Part shown: piece after piece, positions 25,408 through 35,563 of the stretch
How positions within the stretch are numbered: position 1 is the stretch's first letter
How the letters are laid out: each line of letters opens with the position of its first letter
Source of the DNA: Vulcanimicrobiota bacterium
GTDB taxonomy: Bacteria; Vulcanimicrobiota; Xenobia; Xenobiales; QWHO01
DNA: 64,000 nucleotides
Assembly: GCA_963169765.1 (NCBI GenBank)
Contig: CAUJEN010000043.1
Span: forward strand, 20,164-84,163
Direction: 5' to 3'
Made by a program: the position numbers and the translations under genes
The notes under the pieces: model-generated
The model's database searches: none
What the model was told of the DNA's origin: nothing
What the model saw: only the letters and a program-made list of their open reading frames with translations

Positions 25408-26637
25408 GTGCTGGTCAACGAGCAGGCCCTCCTCTACAATACTGCTGCACGGCGCATGAGCGTGCTCGGCTCCACGCGCCGGGCCGCGCCTGAGAACAGG
25501 GAGCGCGACGGCGAGGAATTGCTGGCCCGCATGCAGGCCCGGCACACTTTCGATCCCCAGAAGAGCCTGATGCATCGGCTGTCCCACCTGGCCTCGGCGC
25601 TGGGACCTTTCGAACGCAACGATTTCAGCCCCGACTTCGTGGAGCGCCTGCAAGAGGAGGCGCAGGGTCGCAAGATTCTCTACGTCAGCACTCCGGTTAC
25701 GGGCGGCTTCCGCCTGTATCAGTTCCTGGAGGGCAAGGGCAAGAAGTCGGTGCGCGAGCTCGACCCGGCTGACAACGCCGAGTTCGTCTGCCAGGTGATC
25801 GAGAAGAATTGCGCCGCCGCCGACGAGCTGGCCCAATCGCTGCGTCGCGAGGACACGCTGGTGGTGGATCCCAGCCGCCTGGCCGTGAATCGCTGGCAGC
25901 AGGCCGAATATCTCAATCACTGGCTGGACGTGGTCAAGATCGCTTCGGGCGTGGTCATGCAGGATGGCTGGGAGCTCTCTGAAGGCTGCGTTCACGAGGC
26001 CCGCACCGCCTTCTCGCTGGGCATTCCCGTCTACGATGCGCGCTTGGGGCAACTGACCCGCGAGAGCGCGCTGGGCCGGCTGGAGGATTCGATGGAGCGG
26101 GTGCGCCAGGCGGGTTTCAACCCGCCCGACCTCGAGGAAGTGCTCACTCGCACCGATGCCTGCCACGCCGAGGTGCCCGAGCCCCAGCTCTTCAAAGCAT
26201 TGTTCGTGCCTGACCGGCATCCCGACCAGGGTACCCATCCGGCCCCCGCTGGACCCATCGAGCAGAGCGTGGTGCAGGTGGCGGGCAAGCTGGCGGCAGC
26301 CTGCGAGGAGGCCGATGCTCGCATTCGTCGAGCCGACTCGCCCGAGCAACTGCGCGAGTTGGAAGACCGCATGGTCGTCGCTCTGGACGCCGAGGACTCG
26401 AGGGCGGTAGACGCTCTGGAGGCTCTCCTCGCCCAGAGCAGCAAGAAGCTTTCCGGGGCCGCGCTGCCCTCGGGTTTTCAAGATTGCGGGCGGGGTGTGT
26501 TCACCCTCAACCTGCATGAGGTGGCGCGCAACAAGCAGGCTTTTCTGGGGGATCAGGTGGGCCTGCTGGTGGTGGACACCACCCCGGGAAAAGACGGGAT
26601 GAACTATTACATCTTGCCAGTCGAGCCAAGAGAGTAG
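25408..26637 (+). CDS. Nucleoside 2-deoxyribosyltransferase/Rcl-like (DUF4406-type) domain fused to ~200-aa unknown C-terminal domain
   Basis: 'KILYVSTPVTGG...DVVKIASGVVMQDGWELSEGCVHEARTAFSLGIPVYD' fits the NDT/DNPH1-like Rossmann pattern. GTG start directly after the deoC stop. Confidence 0.45.
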   Translation: MLVNEQALLYNTAARRMSVLGSTRRAAPENRERDGEELLARMQARHTFDPQKSLMHRLSHLASALGPFERNDFSPDFVERLQEEAQGRKILYVSTPVTGGFRLYQFLEGKGKKSVRELDPADNAEFVCQVIEKNCAAADELAQSLRREDTLVVDPSRLAVNRWQQAEYLNHWLDVVKIASGVVMQDGWELSEGCVHEARTAFSLGIPVYDARLGQLTRESALGRLEDSMERVRQAGFNPPDLEEVLTRTDACHAEVPEPQLFKALFVPDRHPDQGTHPAPAGPIEQSVVQVAGKLAAACEEADARIRRADSPEQLRELEDRMVVALDAEDSRAVDALEALLAQSSKKLSGAALPSGFQDCGRGVFTLNLHEVARNKQAFLGDQVGLLVVDTTPGKDGMNYYILPVEPRE

Positions 26638-26673
26638 CACTCCAAGAAAACTGATTCAGGAGGGTCTTTTGTC

Positions 26674-27543
26674 ATGATCTTGCAACAGGTCAACACTGCC
26701 TCATTTGCTCGTCCCACCCAGGCCACCGAGACCGCGCCGCCCGAAGCTCCGGCCGAGCCCAGAGAGAAGTTCAGCCCCACTCGGGCGGCAGCGGGCGCAG
26801 TGCTCACCTTCATGAACCGGCGCATTCCCACCACCGTGCCCGAAGTCACCAAAGAAAAGGCCGACGAGCTCAAGGGCAAGCTCCAACCGGGCGACGTGAT
26901 CATGACCTGCGACTGCGCCTACCCCGGCTGGGCTCGCATGGAGTTCTGGACGGTGCGCTCCAACTACATCCACGCCGCCTACTACGCCGGCGATGGCAAA
27001 ATTCTGGAAGCGGTCGGCAAGGGAGTTATCGAGACAGAGCTGGACGGCTTCTTCGAGGGCCGGATGAAGGTGGCCATCGTGCGCCCCGACTACAAGACTC
27101 CCGAGGACGTGGCGGCCGCCACCGCCTACTGCCGCTCGCAGCTGGGCAAGCCTTACGACAGCGTTTTTAACTCCGACGACGACAAGGAGTTCTACTGCTC
27201 CGAGCTGGTCTTCAAGGCTCTCAAGAGCATGCCCAACCCTATCGAAACGCCCTCCAGAGAGCTGCTGGGTCGTCAGGCGGTGGCCCCGGATGCCTTTCTC
27301 TCCATTCCCGGCATCCAGACGGTGCACGACGACAAGAGTAACTATTGGACCAATAAGGTCGGCCACTGGCCCATTGCGGCCGCGACCGTGGGGCTCGGCG
27401 CGGCGGGAGCCGCCATGGGCGGATGGCCGGGGGCGGCCGTGGGTGCCGGTGTGGGCCTGGTGGGCTCCATCCTGGGCTGGAACAAGCTCCAGACGGGTTA
27501 CTTTCTGCCCAGCGTGGAAGATTTCCGCGGCGGCAAACAGTGA
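26674..27543 (+). CDS. YiiX/YaeF-family permuted papain-fold (NlpC/P60-like) hydrolase with C-terminal glycine-zipper membrane segment
   Basis: 'GDVIMT...', 'HAAYYAGDGKILEAVGKGV' and 'EFYCSELVFKAL' give the permuted His...Cys signature of PF05708. C-terminus 'AAATVGLGAAGAAMGGWPGAAVGAGVGLVGSILG'. Confidence 0.6.
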   Translation: MILQQVNTASFARPTQATETAPPEAPAEPREKFSPTRAAAGAVLTFMNRRIPTTVPEVTKEKADELKGKLQPGDVIMTCDCAYPGWARMEFWTVRSNYIHAAYYAGDGKILEAVGKGVIETELDGFFEGRMKVAIVRPDYKTPEDVAAATAYCRSQLGKPYDSVFNSDDDKEFYCSELVFKALKSMPNPIETPSRELLGRQAVAPDAFLSIPGIQTVHDDKSNYWTNKVGHWPIAAATVGLGAAGAAMGGWPGAAVGAGVGLVGSILGWNKLQTGYFLPSVEDFRGGKQ

Positions 27544-27710
27544 TTTTTCAGCGCCTTCGGGCAAACTGAAGGCGTGACATCCGTCCGTTCCTGCTTCATC
27601 ACCAGGGGGCCACGCTGCACCTGCGGCCGACCGCCGCGCCGAGCCCCGCGGATGGCTTTGCGCCTGGACTCGAGCCTGCCGCGCCGGCAGCTGGGCCGCG
27701 CTTTTCCCCG

Positions 27711-28682
27711 GTGCAGGCGGAGGGCTGGCGACTGAGCGACCTGGCCTCGGTGGGCGAGGTGCACAAGCAGGCCATGGCGATCGTGGATGGGCACCTCGCC
27801 CTTCAAGGGTCATGTCCTCAACGGCTTTTCCGGCAGCGGTCTGACCAGCCTGATGAAAGCCATCGCGGGCGAGATCGAGGCCCGGGGCACCCACGCTCTT
27901 TGCCAGCGGGGCCGATCTGGCTGACCCACGCTGCCGGCCCGCCCGAGCCCCTGGCCGTGGACGAGCGTTTCTTCAAACTGTCGGTGGCCCACGAGATGGG
28001 CCACGTGGTCGTGCGCCATTTCTTCCAGCGCCTGGCGCGCGAGTCGAAGAACAGCGACGAGCTTCCTCAGGCTATCGACCTGGTTTCCTTCCACCCCCGC
28101 AAGGGGGCCCAGGCCTTCGTCAACCTGATGTTCGGGGGGAATGCCGCCAAGACATTCGAGTACTACTTCGCCGAGATGGCCTCCGACTATGGCGGGCGGG
28201 CGGCTGAGTATTTCTTCGGCAAGGGCCACCTGTCGGCCGGTCCGGGGGGGGATCTCTCCCGCGCCCAGCAGCTCTCCTCGCCGGCTGCTCAGCTGCTGGC
28301 TCAGGAAGCGGTGCAGAAAGGCATGGGAGCCGAGTCGGGCGCGCAGACCAACCTCAGTCCCACCGCTGATGCCGTCAAGCTGGAGAAGGCGGCCGAGGAG
28401 GCAGCCTACACCCTGGTAGCCTTCTACGGCAACTTCATCAAGGAATTCTCCAACGAGGTGCTCGCGCGCCGTCAGAGCGGACAGGAGCTGACCTTCTCGG
28501 GGCGCGAGCTGACCCGCCGTCTGAGCCAGTGGGAGGCCGACCGGGCTGTGCCGCTGGCGGTACTGGCCCAGCAGATTCGGGGCCAGCGCGACAGGCTGCG
28601 CCCCCAGGCCCCGCCTGTGTTCGACCCGCTCAGCGGTCAGCTGCGCCCGGCCGCCGAGGTGGCTGCGGAGCTCTCTTTCTAA
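27711..28682 (+). pseudogene. Degenerate FtsH-like (M41 peptidase) gene with frameshifted, internally deleted AAA region
   Basis: 'LSVAHEMGHVVV' aligns to FtsH HEAGH. Upstream fragments align to the FtsH pre-Walker/Walker A region ('LSDLASVGEVHKQAMAIVDGHLA' then 'PFKGHVLNGFSGSGLTSLMKAIAGEIEARG') but sit in two frames, with a degenerate P-loop. The ~250 aa of AAA core between Walker A and HExxH is absent. Confidence 0.45.
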
Positions 28683-29385
28683 ACCAGTCTCTCAGGGCCC
28701 GCAGGCGGCTCTTGAGCAGGGTTGCGTAGATGCGGGTCGAGTCGCGCACCAGATCAAAGTGCGAGCTCTCGTTCTCACCGATGTAGACGGTCTCGATGGT
28801 CACCTGGCGCAAGGGGCGCTTGCGGCAGTAGAGCAGCACCTCCAGCTCGTACTCGTAGCCGTCGTAGTCGATGCTGAGAAGCTCGGGGATCCAGCCCATC
28901 GGATGGCCGCGAAGGCCGGTCTGGGTATCGCGGATGATCCGCCCTACCAGCACCGCGAAAACCACCCGGGTGAAGATGTTGCCGATGCGTCGGGGCCAGG
29001 GAACGCCCTTGCGAGTGAAGCTGCGCACCCCCAGCACCAGCGCGTCGGGATGACGCTCGAGCTCCTGGGCCACCCGCCAGGCGTCGCCGGCGCGGTGCTG
29101 GCCATCGGCGTCCAGGGTCACCGTGCCCACCTCGCCCGGCGGTGCGGTGCGGTGAAGATGCTCCAGGCCGGTTCGCAGGGCCGCGCCCTTGCCGCGATTG
29201 CGCTCGTGCTCGAGCAAGGTGACCTTCGGCCTGGCTCGGACGGCCTCGAAGATGCGTGCGCATTCGGGCTTGCTACCATCGTTGATCACTACCACCCGGG
29301 CAAAGCCGGCTGCGAGCACGGAATCGACCACTTCGACCAGAAGCTCGGTGGGCTGGTAGGCGGGGATCAGGGCTGAGGTAGACAT
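28630..29385 (-). CDS. Family 2 glycosyltransferase
   Basis: 'VVVINDGSKPE' and 'TVTLDADGQH' DxD region, GT2 fold. 251 aa. Confidence 0.8.
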   Translation of the reverse strand: MSTSALIPAYQPTELLVEVVDSVLAAGFARVVVINDGSKPECARIFEAVRARPKVTLLEHERNRGKGAALRTGLEHLHRTAPPGEVGTVTLDADGQHRAGDAWRVAQELERHPDALVLGVRSFTRKGVPWPRRIGNIFTRVVFAVLVGRIIRDTQTGLRGHPMGWIPELLSIDYDGYEYELEVLLYCRKRPLRQVTIETVYIGENESSHFDLVRDSTRIYATLLKSRLRALRDWFRKRAPQPPRRPGAADR

Positions 29386-29498
29386 CGCTGCGCCATCTCT
29401 TCGAGCAAGTCATCCTCTTCGTCCTGGTCGAGAGGGACCCACCCCCGCAGGATGTTTCGGAGCTGGACTCGATCTGGTTCGGAGTGCTGCATCGATAC

Positions 29499-30665
29499 CT
29501 ACTCCACCTGCAGCAAGAACAGGTCGTTCGTATTGGTCCCGCTCGGACCCGTGACCAGCAGGCTGGAGGTGGCCTGCAGCAGGGGGTAGGCGTCGTTGGC
29601 CTCCAGACTGGCCCGCGGGTTGAGTCCCAGCGCTCGGGCTCGGGCGGCGGTGGTGCCGTCCACGACGGCGCCGGCCGCGTCGGTAGGCCCGTCGATGCCA
29701 TCCGAGCTGGCCGCCAACAAAGTGGCGTTCACTCCCTCCGCAGCCAGGGAGAAGCTGAGGGCCAGCTCCTGGCAGCGTCCCCCTTTGCCGGGGCCTCGCA
29801 CGGTCACGGTCGGCTCGCCGCTGAGCACGAAGGTATGCTTGCCCCCCTCCCGGGCCAGGCAGGCCAGAAAGCGTCCCAGCTCGCGGGCCTCACCCTCCAG
29901 CCAGCAGGTCAGCAGCCGGGCCTCGGGACCCAGCTCGCGGCAGGCGGCCTCGGCCATGACGCGGTTGTCGGCCAGTACGCGGTAGCTCGTCTCGCCTGGC
30001 TGTTTGGGGGTCTCGTGGCTGGCCAGCACTTTCAGAACATGCTCGGGCACATTCAGGCCCCGGCAGGCCTCCAGGGCCTCCTCACAGGTGCTGGGATCGG
30101 GTGCGGTGGGGCCGCTGGCGATGGCCTCCGGCGGGCTGCCCAGCACGTCCGAGAGGGCCAGGGTCTGCACCGGGCCGGGGACCAGCGCGGCCAGCCGTCC
30201 CCCTTTGAGCCGCGAGAGGTGGCGGCGAACGGCGTTGATGGCCTGGACAGGCACCCCTCCGGCCAGCAGGGCCCGGGTGGTGGCCTGCAGGTCGTCCAGG
30301 GTCAGCCCTTCCACCAGCGCTTCGGCCAGGGCCGAGCCACCTCCCGAGAGCAGCACCAGCATGCCCCCTCGAGCCTGGCGAGCGAACTCGAGGATGGCCT
30401 CCCCGGCCGCCAGGCTGCTCTGGTCGGGGACCGGGTGGCTGCCGTGCAGAACGCGCGCGCCCGCCAGCGAGCCCGCGCGGGGGGGGCAGACGACCAGGGC
30501 GCCCTGAAAGCTGCGCTGCTCGAGGGCGGCTTCGGCCATGGGCCAGGCCGCCTTGCCCAGAGCCAGCAACCAGGGGGGAGCCTGCTCGAGCGGCTCCCGG
30601 CGCACCAAAAGACCGGGTTCCACCGCCGCCAGGGCGGCCCGGTGGGCCCGCAGCAATCGCTCCAT
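29499..30665 (-). CDS. Glycerate kinase (MOFRL/GckA family)
   Basis: 'LLVTGPSGTNTNDL' C-terminal motif and 'GGEPTV'. ATG at 30665 chosen inside the longer ORF. Confidence 0.8.
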   Translation of the reverse strand: MERLLRAHRAALAAVEPGLLVRREPLEQAPPWLLALGKAAWPMAEAALEQRSFQGALVVCPPRAGSLAGARVLHGSHPVPDQSSLAAGEAILEFARQARGGMLVLLSGGGSALAEALVEGLTLDDLQATTRALLAGGVPVQAINAVRRHLSRLKGGRLAALVPGPVQTLALSDVLGSPPEAIASGPTAPDPSTCEEALEACRGLNVPEHVLKVLASHETPKQPGETSYRVLADNRVMAEAACRELGPEARLLTCWLEGEARELGRFLACLAREGGKHTFVLSGEPTVTVRGPGKGGRCQELALSFSLAAEGVNATLLAASSDGIDGPTDAAGAVVDGTTAARARALGLNPRASLEANDAYPLLQATSSLLVTGPSGTNTNDLFLLQVE

Positions 30666-31242
30666 GACGGCCCCTTCCACGCTGGCCAAGGAGGTCCCGC
30701 TTCCCGTCGTGCTGCCAGGAGCGCGGCCGGAAAAGCCCTGGGCACGGTTTTTCCTGCGCGCGACCTGCTCTCGCCGCCTTACCGGCGAGGCAAGATCCTC
30801 GCACTCGCCGGTCGTGCCGTTCAATCACCACAGTGGTGGGTCCCTCTGCGGCCTGAGAAGCATCGGAAGTCGTGTAGTGTAAAACTGGTCAATTGACACT
30901 ACGCATTCCTTGACGGACATGCGGACGACGTGCGTGCCTTCCCGTTCAGGCGTGCCCTCCAGGCGGGCCTGTGGGCGTACTCCTGCGGCCGGACTTCGGA
31001 TGGGTTGAAGCCTCACGTGCTGAAGGTTGTCTAATTAGCTGCGGGATCGCAGGCGTACCCCGCCCACAGTCACCTGTCCGGCCCGCACATCCACGCTGTT
31101 GCCGGGCAGGCCATCCGCCCCGGGAGCCAGGACCTGGCTCAGGGCCGCCTTCCAGGCTTCCTCCTCGCTGCGGCCGGCATTCAAAGCTGCCAGCAGGCGG
31201 TTGAAGGCGGGCAGCAGCTCGCTCAGGCCAGCCAATTGCCGA

Positions 31243-32727
31243 TCAGCCAGGACTCGTCGGGGATCCGACAGGGAGATTGAGGACCTCAGCCGTCTCCGCC
31301 CGCACCCGCCGGCACAGATCGGGGTCATCGATCAGCGAGTGCCCATAGGACGGGATCATGGCGCCGAGCCTGGCGCGCCAGGAAGGCAGACGCGTCGCAA
31401 AGCACTTCTCCACCACGTCCAGCATGGTCTTCACAGCGGTGGATGCCCCGGGCGACGCGCCCAGCAGCGCGGCCAGGGAGCCGTCTGAAGAGGTGACGAG
31501 CTCGGTCCCGAACTGCAGCACGCCGCCGTGCTCCTGGTCGCGTTTGATGATCTGCACGCGCTGTCCGGCCACCTGCTCGCGCCAGTCGGACTCCTGTGCC
31601 CGGGGATAGAATTTGCGCAGCAATTCGAACCGGTCCTCGTCGCTCTCCAGGACCTGCCCGATCAGATAGCGCGTCAGGGCCATGTTGTCGCGGCCCACGG
31701 CCAGCAACGGCAGGAGATTGTGCGGGTCGATCGAGCCAAACAGATCGAGGTAGGACCCGTGCTTGAGGAACTTGGTCGAGAAGCCCGCGTAGGGACCGAA
31801 GAGCAGCGCCAGCTTGCCGTCGACGTGGCGCCGATCCAGGTGCGGCACCGACATGGGCGGCGCCCCCACCGAGGCCTTGCCGTAAACCTTCGCATCATGG
31901 CGAGAAGCCAGGTCCACCCGGTCGCTCCTCAGCCAGATCCCGCTTACCGGGAAGCCCGCGTAACCGTCCGCCTCGGGAATGTCCGACTTCTGCAAAAGCG
32001 GCAGGGTGCCGCCGCCCGCCCCGAGGAACACGAAGCGGGCCCGCACGATGCGATGCTCTCCGCTGCTCTTGTCTTGCACCTTTAGGGACCAGTGGTCTCC
32101 CCGATGACGCAGGTCCTCGACCCGGCTGCCAAAATGCGCCGTAAAGCACTCCTGCGCCTGCAGGTAGGTGACCAGCCCCCGCGTCAAGGCGCCGAAGTCC
32201 ACGTCCGTGCCCGCCAGGTGGCGGTTGGCGGCCACGCTCTGAGCGGCATCCCGTCCCTCCATCACCAGCGGGATCCATTCTCTCAAGCGACCCGGGTCCG
32301 CGGAGAATTCCATTCCGGCAAAGCAGTGGTGGGCGGACATCGCCTCGTATCTCCGCCTCAGGTAGGAAACGTTCTCCTCTCCCCACACGAAGCTCACGTG
32401 GGGCACCGGGTGGATGAAGTCCCCGGGCAGCAGCACGTCGCCCTGGCGCACCAGGTAAGCCCAGATCTGGCGAGAGAGGTCAAACTCGGTGTTGATCCGC
32501 AGCGCCTTCTTGATGTCCACGCTGCCGTCCGGGTCGGCGGGCGTGTAGTTCAGCTCGCACAGGGCTGCGTGGCCTGTGCCGGCGTTGTTCCAGACGTTGG
32601 AGCTCTCCAGGCCCTCGCCGGCCAGGGCCTCGTGCATCTCGATGCTCAAGCCGGGCTCGAGCTCCTTGAGCAGGATCCCGAGGGTGGCGCTCATGATGCC
32701 CGCGCCGACGAGCATGACGTCCATCAT
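31243..32727 (-). CDS. mqo: Malate:quinone oxidoreductase
   Basis: '[23 protein letters not shown]' FAD-binding N-terminus, '[17 protein letters not shown]' and 'MIPSYG'. ~495 aa. Confidence 0.85.
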   Translation of the reverse strand: MMDVMLVGAGIMSATLGILLKELEPGLSIEMHEALAGEGLESSNVWNNAGTGHAALCELNYTPADPDGSVDIKKALRINTEFDLSRQIWAYLVRQGDVLLPGDFIHPVPHVSFVWGEENVSYLRRRYEAMSAHHCFAGMEFSADPGRLREWIPLVMEGRDAAQSVAANRHLAGTDVDFGALTRGLVTYLQAQECFTAHFGSRVEDLRHRGDHWSLKVQDKSSGEHRIVRARFVFLGAGGGTLPLLQKSDIPEADGYAGFPVSGIWLRSDRVDLASRHDAKVYGKASVGAPPMSVPHLDRRHVDGKLALLFGPYAGFSTKFLKHGSYLDLFGSIDPHNLLPLLAVGRDNMALTRYLIGQVLESDEDRFELLRKFYPRAQESDWREQVAGQRVQIIKRDQEHGGVLQFGTELVTSSDGSLAALLGASPGASTAVKTMLDVVEKCFATRLPSWRARLGAMIPSYGHSLIDDPDLCRRVRAETAEVLNLPVGSPTSPG

Positions 32728-32843
32728 GCCGACCCCTTCGACGAGCAACCTCTTTCTCGGGACAGTGCATAGAAGCCCCGCCGCTGGACAGAACAAGGGC
32801 TCCTGTCCCAGGGGAGAGCCTCGGGTCTCTCGAAGCAGCCGGC

Positions 32844-33125
32844 ATGAAAAAGATCTGTTTGCTGCTTGTGATGATGCTTTTGACTTCGCTCGCGCGGGCC
32901 CAGGGTGGACACTTCGAGGTGGTATTGACCGAATGTGGGCCCCAGAAGCTTCAGGTCATCAAAGTCGTGCGCGATGCCACCGGGCTGGGCCTTAAAGCGG
33001 CCAAAGACCTGGTGGAGAGCTGCCCCCAGGTGGTGAAACGCGACCTTGAGCTGAGCCAGGCTCAAGCTCTCGAGAAGAAGCTGGAAGCGGTGGGTGCCAA
33101 AGCCGACGTGCGCGCGCTCAAATAG
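32844..33125 (+). CDS. Secreted ribosomal-protein-L7/L12 C-terminal-domain-like protein
   Basis: Signal peptide '[19 protein letters not shown]', then '[55 protein letters not shown]', which closely parallels the L7/L12 CTD consensus. Confidence 0.6.
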   Translation: MKKICLLLVMMLLTSLARAQGGHFEVVLTECGPQKLQVIKVVRDATGLGLKAAKDLVESCPQVVKRDLELSQAQALEKKLEAVGAKADVRALK

Positions 33126-33315
33126 ATCTGTGGACAGGCTGCCGCCGTTTTTTGCCGTTTGAGGGGCTTCCAGCGGCAGGATCCCGGCACCATCGCCAGG
33201 AGCTCAGAGCTTTCAGACCGAGTCTCTCAACTGACAGAGTGGTAACATTTCGTTCATCTCTCATGGCCTTCGGCTGAACGATGGTAGTTCACATCCTGCT
33301 CCCGGAGGACTCCTC

Positions 33316-35181
33316 ATGTCGTCACCCCCCGAGAATCTGCTCGTGCAAGCGCGCTCTGAGCATGCCGAGACCGTCGCGCAATCTGCCCCGGAGATGGGCA
33401 CCTTCACCGCCGACCCGGGTGACGGCCCGCTCTATCGCCCCGCCCCGAGCGAGCGCCAGCTCACCTTCCGAGCCGTCTTCGTGGGCTGCTTTCTGGGGGC
33501 AGTGGTGGCCGCCATGAACATCTACTTCGGCTTGCAGACCGGCTGGTCGATGGGGGGATCGCTGATCGCCGCCATTCTGGGCTACTCCGTCTTCGCCACC
33601 CTCAAGCCCAAGAAGGCCTTCACACCGCTCGAGACCAACATCGCCCAGACGGCCGGATCGGCGGCCGGGGCCATGGCCTCGGCCGCGGGCCTGCTCTCGG
33701 CCGTGCCGGCCATGACCATGTTGGGCCACAAGTTCAGCTACCTCGAGCTGACCCTGTGGGCCGGCTCGGTGGCCGGCCTGGGCATCTTCTACGCCATCCC
33801 GCTGCGGCGCCAGATGGTGCTGGTGGAGAAGCTGCGCTTCCCCAGCGGCACGGCTACCGGCCAGACCATCGCGGCCATGTTCAGCTCGGGTGAGGACGCC
33901 GTCAAGAAGTCGTCCCTGCTGGTCAAGACGGCCATCGCGGCCGGGCTGTTCACGCTCATCGGCTTCTTCGTGCCCCAGGTGCAGCACGTGCCCCTGCACG
34001 ACTGGGTGCAGGTGGGGCTGGTAGCGGTGGCCTTCAAGTTCGGCTTCGAGCTCTACCTGGGGCCCATGATGCTGGGGGCGGGCATCCTGATCGGGCTGCG
34101 CACCGGCCTGTCGCTGGCCCTGGGGGCCATCGTGGCCTGGGGCCTGCTGGCCCCCTGGGTGGGTGCCCAGGGCTGGGTGGCGGGCGACCCGATGAGCTAC
34201 GCCAACGGCGCGCGCGGATGGATCCTGTGGCCGGGCGTGGCTCTGATGGTCTCCGACGCCATCACCAACCTGTTGCTCTCCTGGCGCTCCATCCTCGAGG
34301 CCATGCGGCCCAGGCGGGCTGGCCAGCCGGTGGATGACACCGCCCCCGCCAGCGAGCAGGTGCCCAACTGGTGGTTCGCGGCCGGTCTGGCCTCGGCTTC
34401 GGTGCTGACCATCGCGGCCGCCTACTTCGTGTTCGGCATCGCCCCCTGGCTGACCGCCCTGGCAGTGCTGATCTCGGCTTTCCTGTCGGCTATCGCCACC
34501 CGCTGCACGGGTGAGTGCGACATCAATCCCATCGGCGGCATGGGCAAGGTGACCCAGCTTCTCTACGGCGCTCTGGCCCCAGGCCACGTTGGCGCCAACT
34601 TGATGTGCGCCGCCGTCACTGGCGCGGGCGCCTCCAAGGCGGGGGATATCATGCACGACCTGAAGACCGGCTGGCTGCTGGGCGCCTCGCCCCGCAAGCA
34701 GGTCATCGCTCAGCTCTGGGGCGTGGCGGCCGGTGTCCTGGTGTGCGTGCCTATCTACATCCTGTTCGAGCGGGCCTTCGAGATCGGGGGCGACAAGCTG
34801 CCTGCCCCCGCCGCTCACGCCTGGAAGGCCATGGCCGAGGTGCTCTCCAAGGGGCTGGCGGCCATGCCCGACCACTCCATCCCGGCCGTGCTGGTGGCCC
34901 TGGTGATAGGGGCGCTGATCCCGACCATCCGCCACTTCTTCAAGGGCGCCCGGCCCTATCTCCCCTCCGGCATGGCCATCGGTATCGCCTTCATCGTGCA
35001 GCCTTTCTACAGCCTGACCATGTGCGCCGGAGCCCTGCTCTACAGCGCCTGGCAGCGCCGCAACGCGGTCGCGGCCACGGCCCTGGGCTTCTCGCTGGCC
35101 TCAGGCCTGATCGCCGGCGAGGGTCTGACGGGCGTGGTCACGGCCCTGCTCAAGCTGATGGGCTTCGGGCCGCTGACTTGA
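33316..35181 (+). CDS. OPT-family oligopeptide transporter
   Basis: 621-aa polytopic membrane protein. 'FRAVFVGCFLGAVVAAMNIYFGLQTGWSMGGSLIAAILGYSVF' is the OPT superfamily N-terminus. Confidence 0.85.
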   Translation: MSSPPENLLVQARSEHAETVAQSAPEMGTFTADPGDGPLYRPAPSERQLTFRAVFVGCFLGAVVAAMNIYFGLQTGWSMGGSLIAAILGYSVFATLKPKKAFTPLETNIAQTAGSAAGAMASAAGLLSAVPAMTMLGHKFSYLELTLWAGSVAGLGIFYAIPLRRQMVLVEKLRFPSGTATGQTIAAMFSSGEDAVKKSSLLVKTAIAAGLFTLIGFFVPQVQHVPLHDWVQVGLVAVAFKFGFELYLGPMMLGAGILIGLRTGLSLALGAIVAWGLLAPWVGAQGWVAGDPMSYANGARGWILWPGVALMVSDAITNLLLSWRSILEAMRPRRAGQPVDDTAPASEQVPNWWFAAGLASASVLTIAAAYFVFGIAPWLTALAVLISAFLSAIATRCTGECDINPIGGMGKVTQLLYGALAPGHVGANLMCAAVTGAGASKAGDIMHDLKTGWLLGASPRKQVIAQLWGVAAGVLVCVPIYILFERAFEIGGDKLPAPAAHAWKAMAEVLSKGLAAMPDHSIPAVLVALVIGALIPTIRHFFKGARPYLPSGMAIGIAFIVQPFYSLTMCAGALLYSAWQRRNAVAATALGFSLASGLIAGEGLTGVVTALLKLMGFGPLT

Positions 35182-35272
35182 CCCGGGCGGTCGGGCTGGC
35201 TCTGGTCGTGCTGCTGGCCCGAAGCCACCTGCTATCGGGCCTGCGACATGGACGGCTTTTCTGGGACAGGGC

Positions 35273-35563
35273 TCAGGCCTTGTGCAACTCCCCGCCCCGG
35301 TCGAGGTACTTGCGCCGCAGGGCCTGCTCCAGGTCCACTCCGTGCATGTTGGCCAGGGTGGTCAGCCAGCCCAGCACGTCGGCAAACTCCTGGGCCAGCT
35401 CCTCCGAGCTTGCTTCCGAGGCGCGATGCAGGGCCGTGGCCAGCTCGCCGATCTCCTCCATCATCCACATGAAGTTGGCTGCTGTGCCGCGGGCGGCGTC
35501 GCGCTCGTGGTAGCGCGAGCGAATGAACTCCTGAAAGCGGGCGAAGGTGAGCGGACCATCCAT
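35273..35563 (-). CDS. MazG-like nucleotide pyrophosphohydrolase domain protein
   Basis: 'FQEFIRSRYHERDAARGTAANFMWMMEEIGELATAL...EELAQEFADVLGWLTTLANMHGVDL' is the EExxE...D MazG helical motif. Confidence 0.75.
   Translation of the reverse strand: MDGPLTFARFQEFIRSRYHERDAARGTAANFMWMMEEIGELATALHRASEASSEELAQEFADVLGWLTTLANMHGVDLEQALRRKYLDRGGELHKA

Noticed and set aside
24466-26640. 724-aa minus-strand ORF spanning deoC and the NDT-like gene
   Set aside because: Antisense shadow of two plus-strand genes with clear family motifs; no motifs of its own.
31035-31328. 97-aa minus ORF overlapping the mqo 3' end, considered as a frameshifted Mqo C-terminus or separate small gene
   Set aside because: Mqo is already full length (~495 aa with the conserved 'MIPSYG' tail) in its own frame. 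The overlapping ORF has no motifs. The 400 bp between mqo and the glycerate kinase gene is left unannotated.
33322-34935. 537-aa minus-strand ORF inside the OPT transporter gene
   Set aside because: Antisense shadow ORF; the plus-strand frame has clear TM periodicity and OPT motifs.
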